This document shows, piece after piece, positions 43,039 to 55,010 of a stretch of 64,000 nucleotides of DNA. This DNA is from Eledone cirrhosa (Eukaryota). Numbering within the stretch: the stretch's first letter is position 1; every line of letters begins with the position of its first letter. The translations under genes and the position numbers were made by a program. Below the pieces are notes generated by a model. It worked only from the letters and a program-made list of their open reading frames with translations, searched no databases and was not told where the DNA came from. The DNA lies in contig OZ024740.1 in assembly GCA_964016885.1 (NCBI GenBank), positions 102,424,001 to 102,488,000 of the forward strand. The letters run 5' to 3'.

Positions 43039-43089
43039 AGATTCTACAGGACTAGAACTGTTTCATTCTTTAGAAATCATCAGGAATCT
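43039..43089 (-). ncRNA. Canonical type I hammerhead ribozyme (GUA cleavage triplet)
   Basis: Minus strand AGATTC-CTGATGA-T-TTC-TAAA-GAA-T-GAA-ACAG-TTCTAGTC-CTGT-A-GAATCT; all three stems pair. Confidence 0.85.
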
Positions 43090-43493
43090 GGCTTTCCAAA
43101 AATAAATGTTGTGGTATTTATATCTTTTCAGGTGGTAGGAGAGGGTGGGAAGTGGGATGGGTGGAGGTCGTTGGTTGAAAGAAAAGGGAATTCATTATAA
43201 GCTAATTCTTTAAGGGTATAATTTATATTTAGAGTGACAAAGGCAGGAAGAATTCTATAAACAGGCATTGTTAGCTTAAGAGAAACTTAAAAATAAGGAG
43301 TGGCACCCCATTCTGAACTTGTTTATAGAATCCTTTCTGCCTTTGTCACTCTAAATATAAATTATACTCTTAAAGAATTAGCTTTTAATGAATTCCCTTT
43401 TCTTTCAACCAATGACCTCCACCCATCCCACTTCCCACCCTCTCCTACCACCTGAAAAGATATAAATACCACAACATTTATTTTTGGAAAGCC

Positions 43494-43544
43494 AGATTCC
43501 TGATGATTTCTAAATAATGAAACAGTTCTAGTCCTGTAGAATAT
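43494..43544 (+). ncRNA. Type I hammerhead ribozyme, second copy
   Basis: Same as 43039-43089 with one substitution in stem II and one in distal stem I; GUA at 43536-43538. Confidence 0.75.
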
Positions 43545-43629
43545 CATCTATATTAAAACTGTTATACTCTGCTATGTATTGAGTACCTTACTTACTGTGG
43601 TTACCTCCGATTCAACCCGGAATAACTTA

Positions 43630-43696
<67 letters not shown>

Positions 43697-43702
<6 letters not shown>

Positions 43703-43890
43703 TAATTGTATTTCATAATAAATATCAAAAGTTGGTATAGCACTCAATCTGAAGGACGAGTTGTGTAATATAAAATTTTCTTATTACATCAACAGTATAT
43801 TTCTGAATACATGTGTTTCATAAGGGTTATATTTAAATCCTTCCAGTGAAACACATGTATTCGGAAAATATACAGTTGATGTCATAAAAT
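43697..43890 (-). mobile_element. Short fold-back Penelope-like insertion 4 (~40-bp arms 43781-43820 / 43847-43887, tail on the left)
   Basis: Inverted repeat containing GAAAC-ACAT-GTA (hammerhead 3' half); tail runs into (TA)n. Confidence 0.55.
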
Positions 43891-44101
43891 AAATTATGTA
43901 TGTATGTAAGGAACAGTTTTTCTTTCAAATATTCAATCACTTTTGTTAAAGATTTTTCATAATTCCTTTATTCAGAAGATGAAACTGAAGCAGTCTCAAA
44001 GCATTAATGGACTTACGAATGTTATTGTTCAAAACTAAACATAAAAGACTTACAAAGAAATCATAAATAAAAAAATGACTTTAATATAATGAATTAGAGA
44101 G

Positions 44102-44187
44102 TATATGTAAATATATATGTGTATGTAAATATATATGTGTGTGTCTGTGTGTGTGTGTGTTTATGCATATATATATATGTATGTATG

Positions 44188-44222
<35 letters not shown>

Positions 44223-44567
44223 GTGTATGTATATATATAAATATATATATATATGTATATGTATGTATATACATATATATATATATATACATACATATAT
44301 ACATATATATATACATATATATACGTATACATACATATATATATACATATATATACATATATATACGTATATACGTATACATACATATATATATATATAC
44401 ACATGCACATATATATATATATACATATATGTATACATACATATATATATGTATATATATGTATACATATATATACATATATATATGTATGCATATATAT
44501 ATGTATGCATATATATATGTATACATACATACATATATGTATACATACATATATATACAAACACACA

Positions 44568-44610
<43 letters not shown>

Positions 44611-44648
44611 ATATATATATGTGTGTGTGTGAGTGTATGTATGTATGT
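44102..44648. repeat. Compound (TA)n/(CA)n microsatellite
   Basis: Direct reading. Confidence 0.95.
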
Positions 44649-44918
44649 ACAAAACTGATTACCACCATTTCCTATTATTGCCTAGGCAGGATAAAAATGT
44701 CTATAACTTAAACTTGTAAACGGAAAATAGTTATATTACTTTCACTTTATGAAAACCATTAAATTGTTGTTCAAGTATTACATATTCCATTTATTTAAAG
44801 AGTAAGTTATCGATAGATATAAATAAATTGTTATTATGGGGCTTTAAGCTCAATGTCAGAACTAAGTTGCATATGAATGCAATAGTTACATTGCAGATTA
44901 TATATATATATATTAATT

Positions 44919-45243
44919 GAGGCACATGGCTTAGTGGTTAGGACTGGCAATCGAAAGGTTGTGAGTTCAATTCTCAGACCGGGTGATGTGTTGTTTCCTT
45001 GAGCAAGACACTTTATTTCACATTGCTCCAGTTTACTCAGCTGTAGAAATGAGATGATAGGGACCGGGGTCCCTATCATTCCACTGCAAAGTGGTCGTGG
45101 AGGTGTCACCAGCACTCACTGTAAATGAGGTTGGTGTTAGGAAGAGCATCCAGCTGTAGAAATCAAGCCAGAATCAGTTCCCGTCCCACCCTTGCAAGCA
45201 GGGAAAAAGTGGACGTAAAATGAAATGATGATGATGATGATGA
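44919..45243 (+). mobile_element. tRNA-headed SINE with RTE-like (GAT)n tail
   Basis: A box TGGCTTAGTGG, B box GAGTTCAATTC, tail GGACGTAAAATGAAAT(GAT)n. Confidence 0.85.
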
Positions 45244-46616
45244 TACATACATATATATATATACATACACACACATGTGCATATGTATACCCCCTCTCCT
45301 CACTCTCAAGAGCGTGAAACTAATAAACCTTTGTTCGTACTGCCTCTCTGTTTTGTTCCCGTTCCATTTTTCTATATATATATATATTTATATATATAAA
45401 CATGTATATATCGATAGATATATGTGTGTGTATATATGTATATGTATATATATATATAAATATGTATGTATATATATATATGAGATATATGGACCCAGTA
45501 TCTAGGTAAGTAGTCTATTATTGTAATGGTTGCATTAGATACGTGATCATCATACAAGACCCATTTTTAGATAATTAGTTCTTAATGTTGCGATAGCTGC
45601 CTTCTATGATATATATGAAATTAGTCTTTTGTTGTGAGATTCATATTATCAACATGATTGCCCACATACACATATGTATGGACAGACACACACACATGCA
45701 TGCACACACTTACATGTACAAACAACTCTGTGTATGTGTATTTGTGCGCATGTGTGTAAGAATGTGCGGTTGTATGTACAAATGAGAAAGAATTACTTAA
45801 TATACATAGTAGAGATTATTAATTTATCTTCAAGCTCATTATAAATATAATTTCTATTCGAAACATATTAAACAGTACTTAAACACATAAAAACTACACA
45901 GTTTCTTGCAAAAAGGTACTGATGAGTTGAACTGATTAATAACATTGAATCTGAATAAATGTTCAACAGTTGTTTTGGCCACCTGGACATAGCCCATTCC
46001 TTTGATTGGTTGATGTTGTTTTAGGCTGGTTTGTCATCTTATGATAGTCTGTTTATAATAGTCAGGAGGATTCTTCAGCTGTGTCTGTGATCTATATGAG
46101 TGTTGGTGATCTACATGAGAAACACACCTAGTACATTCTGTAAAGTGTTTAGTCATAGGAAAAGTACCCAGCCATAGAAATTCTGCCAAACAAATGATGA
46201 GGAAGACACTTCAGTTATGTCAAAGACATTACAAGTTACCTTGTGTTGGTCCCACAATAAAATGCACTCAGAGCATAGGAATGTATGTCAAGACCCCAAC
46301 ACACCGGAAATTCATGGCATCCTCTTGGTTACTGAGCAGTTTGTGATAACACATCTAATCCTTGTTAGCAAGAGAACTGAACGTTAAATGATGTTGATGA
46401 TGATGATGATGATGATGATTATGGTGATGATTATGATTATGATTGTGATGATGTTGATGATGATTACAATGATGATAACCAGTTCACCAGATTATCAAAT
46501 AGTACAAAAAACATTCAACAGTCATAATGTAAGAAAATTTCATTCTTGAAACATAAATGTACACTACTTACTCTCTTGTTATCTAACAATGTGATAGCTA
46601 CATCATACATTTACTG

Positions 46617-46657
<41 letters not shown>

Positions 46658-48961
46658 CATATATATATACATGCATATCTCTATATATATATATATTCCC
46701 CAATTGTAGTAGTTGTAGTTGTTGTTGTTAATAATGGTGGTGTCTTTGTTGATGTCAAATATGATTATCATAGTTCTGTCAGTACTCTACAAGCAGATGC
46801 ATCATGTAGCAGTAGAATTGAAGATAATTCAGTATAATCCAATCTACTCAGTGTAGTTGTTGTGACTATAGACTATTGTAATATACATGTAAAACTCACT
46901 TTTTCATCAAAATATGAATGAATCCTATGCAGATTGGTGTCATGGAATTGTGGTTGTCTAGAAATCTTCACATTAACTCTTTCTTTTGTCCAAAGCTGGT
47001 AAGTTATGTGGTGTGTAACATGGTTTCTCAGATGGTCATCCAAAGCTTTAGCCTTGATTCAATGCTAATGTAACACCAGAGATACAACAGGAACATGTGT
47101 TGTTAGCACTGACAACTGCTTATTCATCATGTAAGTTGCAGTGGGTTTTAATAGTTTCTGTCCCAAACAAACATGCATAATTTGTATTTCCATTGCCAGC
47201 ACTGCACTTATCTCCTAAATAACCCAGTTTACTTGACTGTAACTAGGGTTACTTTGGGTGTACAACTAGCTGCTGTACTGAAACAGCAAGATTACTTGAA
47301 GACAGCAAGATTACTGAATAATTGTAAAGTATTTTATTAGCAAAATCTGTTCAGTTTGAATATCCTCTGAAAATAGGTAACTGCTATAGAGAGGTAAGTC
47401 TCCATCCTGTAAGCTAACTTACCCTAAAAAACTAGTGTCTCTTTGGCACTCAATATATTATGTCATGCAAATATAAATTTCCAATCTTGTCTCAAATGTG
47501 AAAAATGCTATCAAGAAAAAAAAAAAAAAAAAATAAATAGACACTAGCTGCTTTAGCTGACATTTTGCATTAAACATATTACAAATATATTCTATATAAG
47601 ATTATTACCAAACTTGTTTAACTATAATTGTATTTTTTTTTTATTTCATTTGTTAAGTTCATAGCTATACTTTTACATTGTTTCATAGTCAAAGACATCC
47701 TATTCATGTCATAAATATCCATAAAGACTGGTGGGGGTATTATGTTCAATATCCAAATGTTTAATAAAATAAAAGTCAAGTAAAGATTTAAATGGAATTA
47801 ATTAAAATTTAAACCAAATATCCTGAGAGTGCTTAAAAGATTATGCATAATGCAGCCATCATTCAATAAATTAATTCCAATTCCCAAGACATAGTTCTAA
47901 ATAAAAAAATAAGTGAAACAAAACATTATTAGCATTTAAGAGAAAATTGCCAAAATCATATTCCTGTGAATAACTGAGGCATTTTTGAAAATTATTCATT
48001 TATATGATTTATTTATTTGTTTATTTATTTATTCATTCATTTTGTAAGATTTCAAAACAGCTGAAAAAATTTACATTTCTTCATTACATTGAAATTTGTT
48101 CTAATGTTCTACAAAATATATTTCCTTAATATCTAAAAAAAAAAAAAATAGTAAAAAGAAAACAAGAAAAAAATCCCCCCTCCCACAAAAATCGTCAGTT
48201 TTGGTCATTCAGCAAGACCACAGCCTGGATATATACAACATTTGACCGAAAGAAAAACAAAAAAAGAAGAAGAAATAAAAAAAATTTTAATTAAATTTTT
48301 TTTTTCTTCTTAATTTTCAACCTTGGAGAAATACAAAAAAAAATTACCCAACCTTGAACATTTAAGGAACAACAACATTCACTTCAATTGGTTCTGCTAT
48401 GTACCTTGGTAAAAGTTTAACAATGAAAATCAATAATTTTTTTCTGTTTTCATGCAATCCCATACGGGACGTATTTATGGACATTTGAAAAGAAATGTTC
48501 CAGGTAATTTCTATTCCATAAATGGACTTGTCTACCCTTTTACTTCTACCCAGCTTCAATGTTATTTTATACTGTATGAGAAAGACAATAAGCAGCCAGT
48601 TGAAGATTTTTTTTTTTTTTTTAGTGAAAGGGATGAAAGGGAGGGGAGATGGATAACAGCCAAAACAAGAATAAATAAACATAAATCTCATTGACTTAAC
48701 CTTTCCTGTAACATTTCCATTTATAACCAAATATATATACATACACACATGTGTGTACAAACTTGTGTGTGTTTGTGGTCTTGTATATTGAAATAATTTG
48801 GATGCATATACATATGGTTTAGTAAATTTTAGAAGAAATTCTGAATGTGAAAATAATTAAAATTAAGAAATTTGGCTTAATAGCAATCACACACATGCAC
48901 ACACACACATGTATGTATGTGCATATATATATGTATGCATATATATATATATATGCATACA

Positions 48962-49032
<71 letters not shown>

Positions 49033-49163
49033 GTGAGGTTTTTTTTACAAAATGAAAAATAACCGAGGTGTCCTATACGAGTGAAAGTATAAAGAAAAAG
49101 AGATGAAATCGAAAATGCAACTGGAGTCTTATTTTTTTTTTAAATATATATATTTATTTGGTT

Positions 49164-49201
49164 CCTTTATCGGTTTCACAGTTCTTCTGCTTTTCAAAAG
49201 G
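49164..49201 (-). ncRNA. Hammerhead ribozyme copy with a G16.2-to-A change (probably impaired)
   Basis: Minus strand CCTT-TTGAAAA-GCAG-AAGAA-CTGT-GAAAC-CG-ATA-AAGG. Confidence 0.55.
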
Positions 49202-49795
49202 TGAGTTGAGATGTGGTTTTTCTCACATCTGGTTGGTCTCTGAATGTTACTTGTTTTATATGGAAAAAGTGGCTCGAAATGCCAGGTTTTTCGAGAAGTA
49301 ATTTGATTGGTTTGTCAATAATAATAATAAATTTCGCACCAGTTCGCGTTACAATAGTTCTTCAAATACGAGGGGGGGGGGGGGGTTGTCACAGGTTGTT
49401 TTTTCATATATGAGTGTTTGAATTTCTTTTTACTTGAAAAAAAGGAGGCTCACGAAGGCTTTTTTTTGGTTGGTTATAAATGAAATTATGGCTGTCACGT
49501 GAACAAATTTTCATTAAATTTTTGTGCCCTTATTTGGAAATCCATTCTGTAGCCTTTTTAGAGAATTTTTTGATAAGTGAAAGATAATGGTCAAGAGAAA
49601 AGGATGGGAGAATTGTTCTGGTTCAGTGAATATGGTTAGTTCGCTGGGGTGTCAGAATTCAGATTTTCTATTGAATAAAGAAAGTAAAGATATGTGTGTT
49701 TATCTGTGTGCGTGTGTGTGTGTGTGTGTGTGTTTGAATTTCTTTACTTTAAAAAAAAGCCTTCGTGAGCCACTTTTTTTTAAAGTAAAGAAATT

Positions 49796-49828
<33 letters not shown>

Positions 49829-49969
49829 GCACACAAATAAACACACATATCTTTACTTTCTTTATTCAATAGAAAATCTGAATTCTGACACCCCAGCGAA
49901 CTAACCATATTCACTGAACCAGAACAATTCTCCCATCCCTTTCTCTTGACCATTATCTTTCACTTATCA

Positions 49970-50051
49970 TCCCGCCGAGGTTTCATCCTTGCGAAATAAA
50001 GTACCAGTAATGCACTGGGTAATTGCTGGCCTTGTGCCTAAAGTAGAAACA
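49970..50051 (+). mobile_element. 5'-truncated SINE inserted in the right arm of the palindrome
   Basis: 18-bp TSD ATTATCTTTCACTTATCA at 49952-49969 / 50052-50069; single empty site in the left arm at 49571-49588. Confidence 0.9.
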
Positions 50052-50446
50052 ATTATCTTTCACTTATCAAAAAATTCTCTAAAAAGGCTACAGAATGGAT
50101 TTCCAAATAAGGGCACAAAAATTTAATGAAAATTTGTTCACGTGACAGCCATAATTTCATTTATAACCAACCCCAAAAAAGCCTTCGTGAACCCCATTTT
50201 TTTAAGTAAAAGGAAATTCAAACACTCATATATGAAAAAACAACCTGTGACAACCCCCCCCCCCCCCTCGTATTTGAAGAACTATTGTAACGCGAACTGG
50301 CACGAAATTTATTATAATTATTGACAAACCAATCAAATTACTTCTCGAAAAACCTGGCATTTCGAGCCACTTTTTCCATATAAAACAAGCAACATTCAGA
50401 GACCAACCAGATGTGAGAAAAACCACAGACCCTCCATCTCAACTCA

Positions 50447-50484
50447 CCTTTTGAAAAGCAGAAGAACTGTGAAACCGGTAAAGG
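50447..50484 (+). ncRNA. Minimal type I hammerhead ribozyme with U3-A8 core and palindromic stem-loop III
   Basis: CCTT-TTGAAAA-GCAG-AAGAA-CTGT-GAA-ACCGGT-A-AAGG; GUA at 50478-50480. Confidence 0.75.
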
Positions 50485-50680
50485 AACCAAATAAATATAT
50501 ATATTTTTAAAAAAAATAAGACTCCAGTTGCATTTTCGATTTCATCTCTTTTTCTTTATATATATATATATATATAGGCATACATATATGTACATATATA
50601 TATATATATGCATACATATATGTATATATATATATATATATATGCATACATATATGTGTATATACATATATATATACATA

Positions 50681-50744
<64 letters not shown>

Positions 50745-50856
50745 TACATATATGTATATATATATATATATACATGTATATATATATATACATACATATA
50801 TATACATATATATATATGTATGTATACATATATATATATATATGAATTTTATCCAA

Positions 50857-50978
50857 TATCTCTGAAGAAGTGACAACTGATTATACATTTGCTATCGAAT
50901 ACTTGCTAACATTATATGATTACGCAAGCAGCGATACATAGGTATTCCGTCTGTTACAGAAACATATGTCAATACCTA
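50857..50978 (+). ncRNA. Candidate hammerhead ribozyme with long structured loop II, in a ~180-bp insert in (TA)n
   Basis: CTGAAGA (50862-50868), stem II GTGACA/TGTTAC, GAA-ACATATGT-C (GUC at 50968-50970); stem I imperfect. Confidence 0.55.
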
Positions 50979-51323
50979 ATAAATTCCTTTATGAAAGCAC
51001 TTTCATTTTATATTCATCTTTTCTACATATATATATATGTATATATATATATGCATACACATATGTGTGTATATATATATATGTATATATATATATATGC
51101 ATACATATATATGTATATATATATGTATATATGTATATATATATATATATATATGCATACATATATGTGTAATATATATGCATACATATATGTGTGTATA
51201 TATATATATATATACACACATATATGTATGCATATATATATACACACATATATGTATGCATATATATTACACATATATGTATGCATATATATATGTATAT
51301 ATATATATATACATACACATATA

Positions 51324-51385
<62 letters not shown>

Positions 51386-51395
51386 TGTATGTATG

Positions 51396-51429
<34 letters not shown>

Positions 51430-51637
51430 TGCATACATATATGTGTGTATATATATATATATATGCATACATATATGTGTATGTTTATATATATATATAT
51501 GTATATATATATATGCATACACACACACATATATATATATATATGTGTGTGTGCATACATATATATATATGTGCATACATATATATATATGTGCATACAT
51601 ATATATATATATATGTATATATATATACATATATATA

Positions 51638-51806
51638 CATCATCAACATCATCATCATCATCGTTTAACGTCCATCTTCCACGCTAGCATGGGTTTGGAC
51701 GGAAATTTTCCCACTTGAGGCAAGGTTGGTTGTCTTGCTCGTATAGGACTGTCTGGCGGGTTTTCTACACCTGGATGCCCTTCCTAACACCAACCACGTT
51801 TACAGT
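51638..51806 (-). mobile_element. (GAT)n-tailed SINE 3' part
   Basis: Matches 787-982 and 24420-24585 in reverse. Confidence 0.8.
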
Positions 51807-51807
51807 A

Positions 51808-51877
<70 letters not shown>

Positions 51878-52558
51878 AATATATGTATATCTTTACATAC
51901 AAATATATACATACAAATGGAAAATTGTTTAAATTAGTTTCTCGTTTATATATTAAACATATCTTTAAAAAAATTCTAAGACTTTTCTTTCCCATTTTTT
52001 TACATTCTAACATTCCAATTATAAATCTTGATATTTTTTTTCTTATTTGAATAAAGTGATTAGAATTAAAAGTGACCCATTAACTACAAGTATATTTATT
52101 CTTATTTACTTAACAATTTTTTTGTCTAAATTAATAATTTTCAAAATTAAATATATATTTTTATGACTTATATTTTTTCTATCATACTTGCAAATATATT
52201 TGCATTTTCTCCTATCGTTATTTGTAAATAAACAAAAGCAAACACTGATAACAAAACAAATTAGAAATACTTATAAGCCAATACTATTCCCATTCAGTAT
52301 AGAACTTAAAGAAAGAAGGAGAAGTTTAAGGGTTGACAAGCAATTCATTGACTATATTTATTAAGTTTGCACATTTTCTGTTTTGTATTTTGACAAATCA
52401 CTGCAAATTCCCACCAATATTTTTCATGATTTCAATTTCTGTTATTAAGCATCACATTTTTCTTTCTTTTGTTCTGTGTTTAATGTAATGCAAAAAGAAA
52501 AAAAAAACTTGTGGTATATTCGTTCACTCACTCATACACACACACACATATGATATTA

Positions 52559-52615
<57 letters not shown>

Positions 52616-54759
52616 CATTATCTGTTGTATATTTATATTTTGACTTTTAACCCTTGCTAACAGGGAAAATGGTTGTTAAATGATGATGTTGATAATTACA
52701 ACAGGTATTTCTGTATTGTTAAGAGATTCTTTTCTCAACTATGTGGATTCAGAGTTAATCCTACTGTTTGATACCTTTGGCAAGTGTCTTCTACCAGAGC
52801 TTCTGTTTGACTAAAATCTTGCAAGTGAAATTTGGTCAATAGAAACTGTGGAAGCTTTATATTGCTTAATTTGTCTCTCAGTTTAACACCATCACTTTAC
52901 CATTGGGTATCTTTAACAGGATACAGAATTCATACTGGGCTAGGGCTCCAATCAGAGAATAACCTTTTGGCCTCCTCCTACTAGCCACAGAAGTCCAAAA
53001 ACGTGGCAGCTGCTCTTTCTACTGATTAAGCCTTTTAAAAATATGGAAAATAGTAAATTATTTTCTTTTACTAAGCTTAAAACGAGTTTTGTAAAACGGG
53101 ACTTGCATATTCAATAAAATCTATCCAGTATATTGCTGGTGCATATATCAGCAATTCTAGGATGGGGGCAGGGCAACAACAACAATCATTCTTATGAGAT
53201 ATGAACTCACAATGTAGAAGTGTGGATATAAATATCTCTAAGTTCTTTTCAGTCAACCCACAACTAAATTTGTATCAATAAATGACAATACTTTTCTTTT
53301 ATTCTCTTGGTGCAACCATGGTCAAGCAATGCTCTCAAGGGCTTTTACTTGATTTTATTAACCCTCAATACTTTGTCTTCTCATATTTCATTACTCGCTT
53401 AAGATACAAATTCATGTCGACAGTTCTATATGATGTCAATAAAATAGTTAATATTATGGAATACACTAGTTATATATTAGGTCAATAATTCTGTATTATA
53501 TTAGCAGTGCTATATTGGCAATAATTCTATATGAATACATTTATATTAAGTTAAATACAGGTACATGTAATACATACACAACTACACTAAGAGAACATCT
53601 CCACCCCCTCTCTCTTTCTCCATATATATATATTTATATATATATATATATATAAACACTAACCTCCATTTCTCCAAGCTGAACATGGACTGTATTGACT
53701 TAGTCGGTTTTGAAAGGCCAAAGTAAATATAGAAAAATATCACCCACTGATGGATGATTCTGATAGTTTCAATTGCCCTCTTAATCAGAACTATCCATCA
53801 GTAGGTCATTGTTTTATAATGACTATAGAGACACGCCTATTAGGATTTGACTTCACATAGTACATTAGCAGAATATTTATGAATTATCGACTAATGATGG
53901 AGCCCCCTCATGATTGATTGATATGCTTGGAATAGCAGCCAAAGTTCCCTCAAATCATAATCTATGGTCTTATCCATTTTGTTAACATATTTCAGTTAAT
54001 AGTGAAAATAATCAAGAATTTTGAGGAGTGTAGTAAAATAACTAACTGTTTTCATTTTAAGCTGGTGTTTGAAATGTTCTTAAGAAAATTACGACAGAAG
54101 GCTAAAATTTAAATAGAAACACTTAAAACAAATGGCAGTATATTATAGATGCTGAGGTAGTTCCAGGCAGTTTTGTATCAAAAGAATTATAAAAGAAAGG
54201 AATCTAGATCACATAGTCCTATATGTTTAATGTCTGAAAGGAAAGAGACAGGGTCATTTAAATCTGAACATCTTTGATCATAGATTGACACAATGAAGGC
54301 TAACCAGCAATATATTCATGAATAAGATAAGGCTCCAACTGCTTTTAGCCATAAATTTCACCTGTACACAGAAAATCATTACAAATAAATGGACTGTGCC
54401 ACTGAGAGTTAGCTGAAAAGTTAACTCTGTCAGCAGTGGCTCCTTATTAAATTCTACTGCTATATATATGATGTCAAATATTGATTTCTTAAATAACTTC
54501 AAGGTCCTATACTTGTAATAGAAGACAAATAAGGATTATAATATCTTCGCCTGTCCAAAATGTATTTACAATGTATAGACTATTATCAATGTTTTCTTTA
54601 TAGGTATATATTTCTCGCATTTTCTCTAAAAACAGATTTTCGTTATGGGAGAGATGAAATCTTCCTTTACATTCTTTAAAAACAATAATTAAAACATAAT
54701 TTTTTATCAGAAACAACGAGAAAATCTTATTTACAGTAACAATAATAATAATAATAATA

Positions 54760-55010
54760 ACAACAACTATAATAATGGCAATAACAAAAAAAAAAGGAGA
54801 CAGAAGGAAAAAAGAATAGGGAAATATAAAGAAAAGAGACAAAAAGAAAGAAGAAAAAGAACGGGAAGGGGAGGGGATGGCAAGAGCTCTGGTGTCGCAG
54901 AAGAGAGAGGAGGGGTGATTGGGCCCTGGGCCTAAGGCAAGGGGGCAGGAGTGATGCGCCCCGTGGACAGGACCACAAAAGCATTCACACGGACGATGGC
55001 CAGTGACACT
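54760..55010 (-). mobile_element. Probable LINE (Tx1-like) 3' UTR fragment; related pieces near 3740-3900 and 5255-5520
   Basis: GC-rich, pyrimidine-rich on the minus strand, atypical of the flanks; family assignment by resemblance only. Confidence 0.3.

Larger units (their letters stand above)
43023..43631 (+). mobile_element. Fold-back Penelope-like insertion 2: ~241-bp inverted arms (43023-43263 / 43320-43560), 56-bp spacer, ~70-bp tail, inside (TA)n
   Basis: Arms are reverse complements with few substitutions; canonical hammerhead in the arms; pure (TA)n on both sides. Confidence 0.85.
49028..50560 (-). mobile_element. Fold-back Penelope-like insertion 3: ~670-bp arms (49088-49758 / 49774-50560), 15-nt loop, ~60-bp tail on the left, inside (TA)n
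   Basis: Long near-perfect palindrome (mirror ORFs 49213+ and 50226-); hammerhead in the arms; (TA)n on both sides. Confidence 0.85.

Noticed and set aside
49213-50426. Duplicated 66-aa ORF pair as a gene duplication
   Set aside because: Simple consequence of the palindrome; no recognisable domain; crosses a poly-G run
50459-50480. Alternative hammerhead register CAGAAGA-ACTGT-GAAAC
   Set aside because: Gives no stem I pairing; the TTGAAAA register gives both stem I and stem II
54278-54380. Possible signal-peptide exon (MAKSSWSLILFMNILL) after an acceptor-like TGTACAG on the minus strand
   Set aside because: Very short, stop follows, no supporting neighbouring exons; expected by chance in AT-rich DNA
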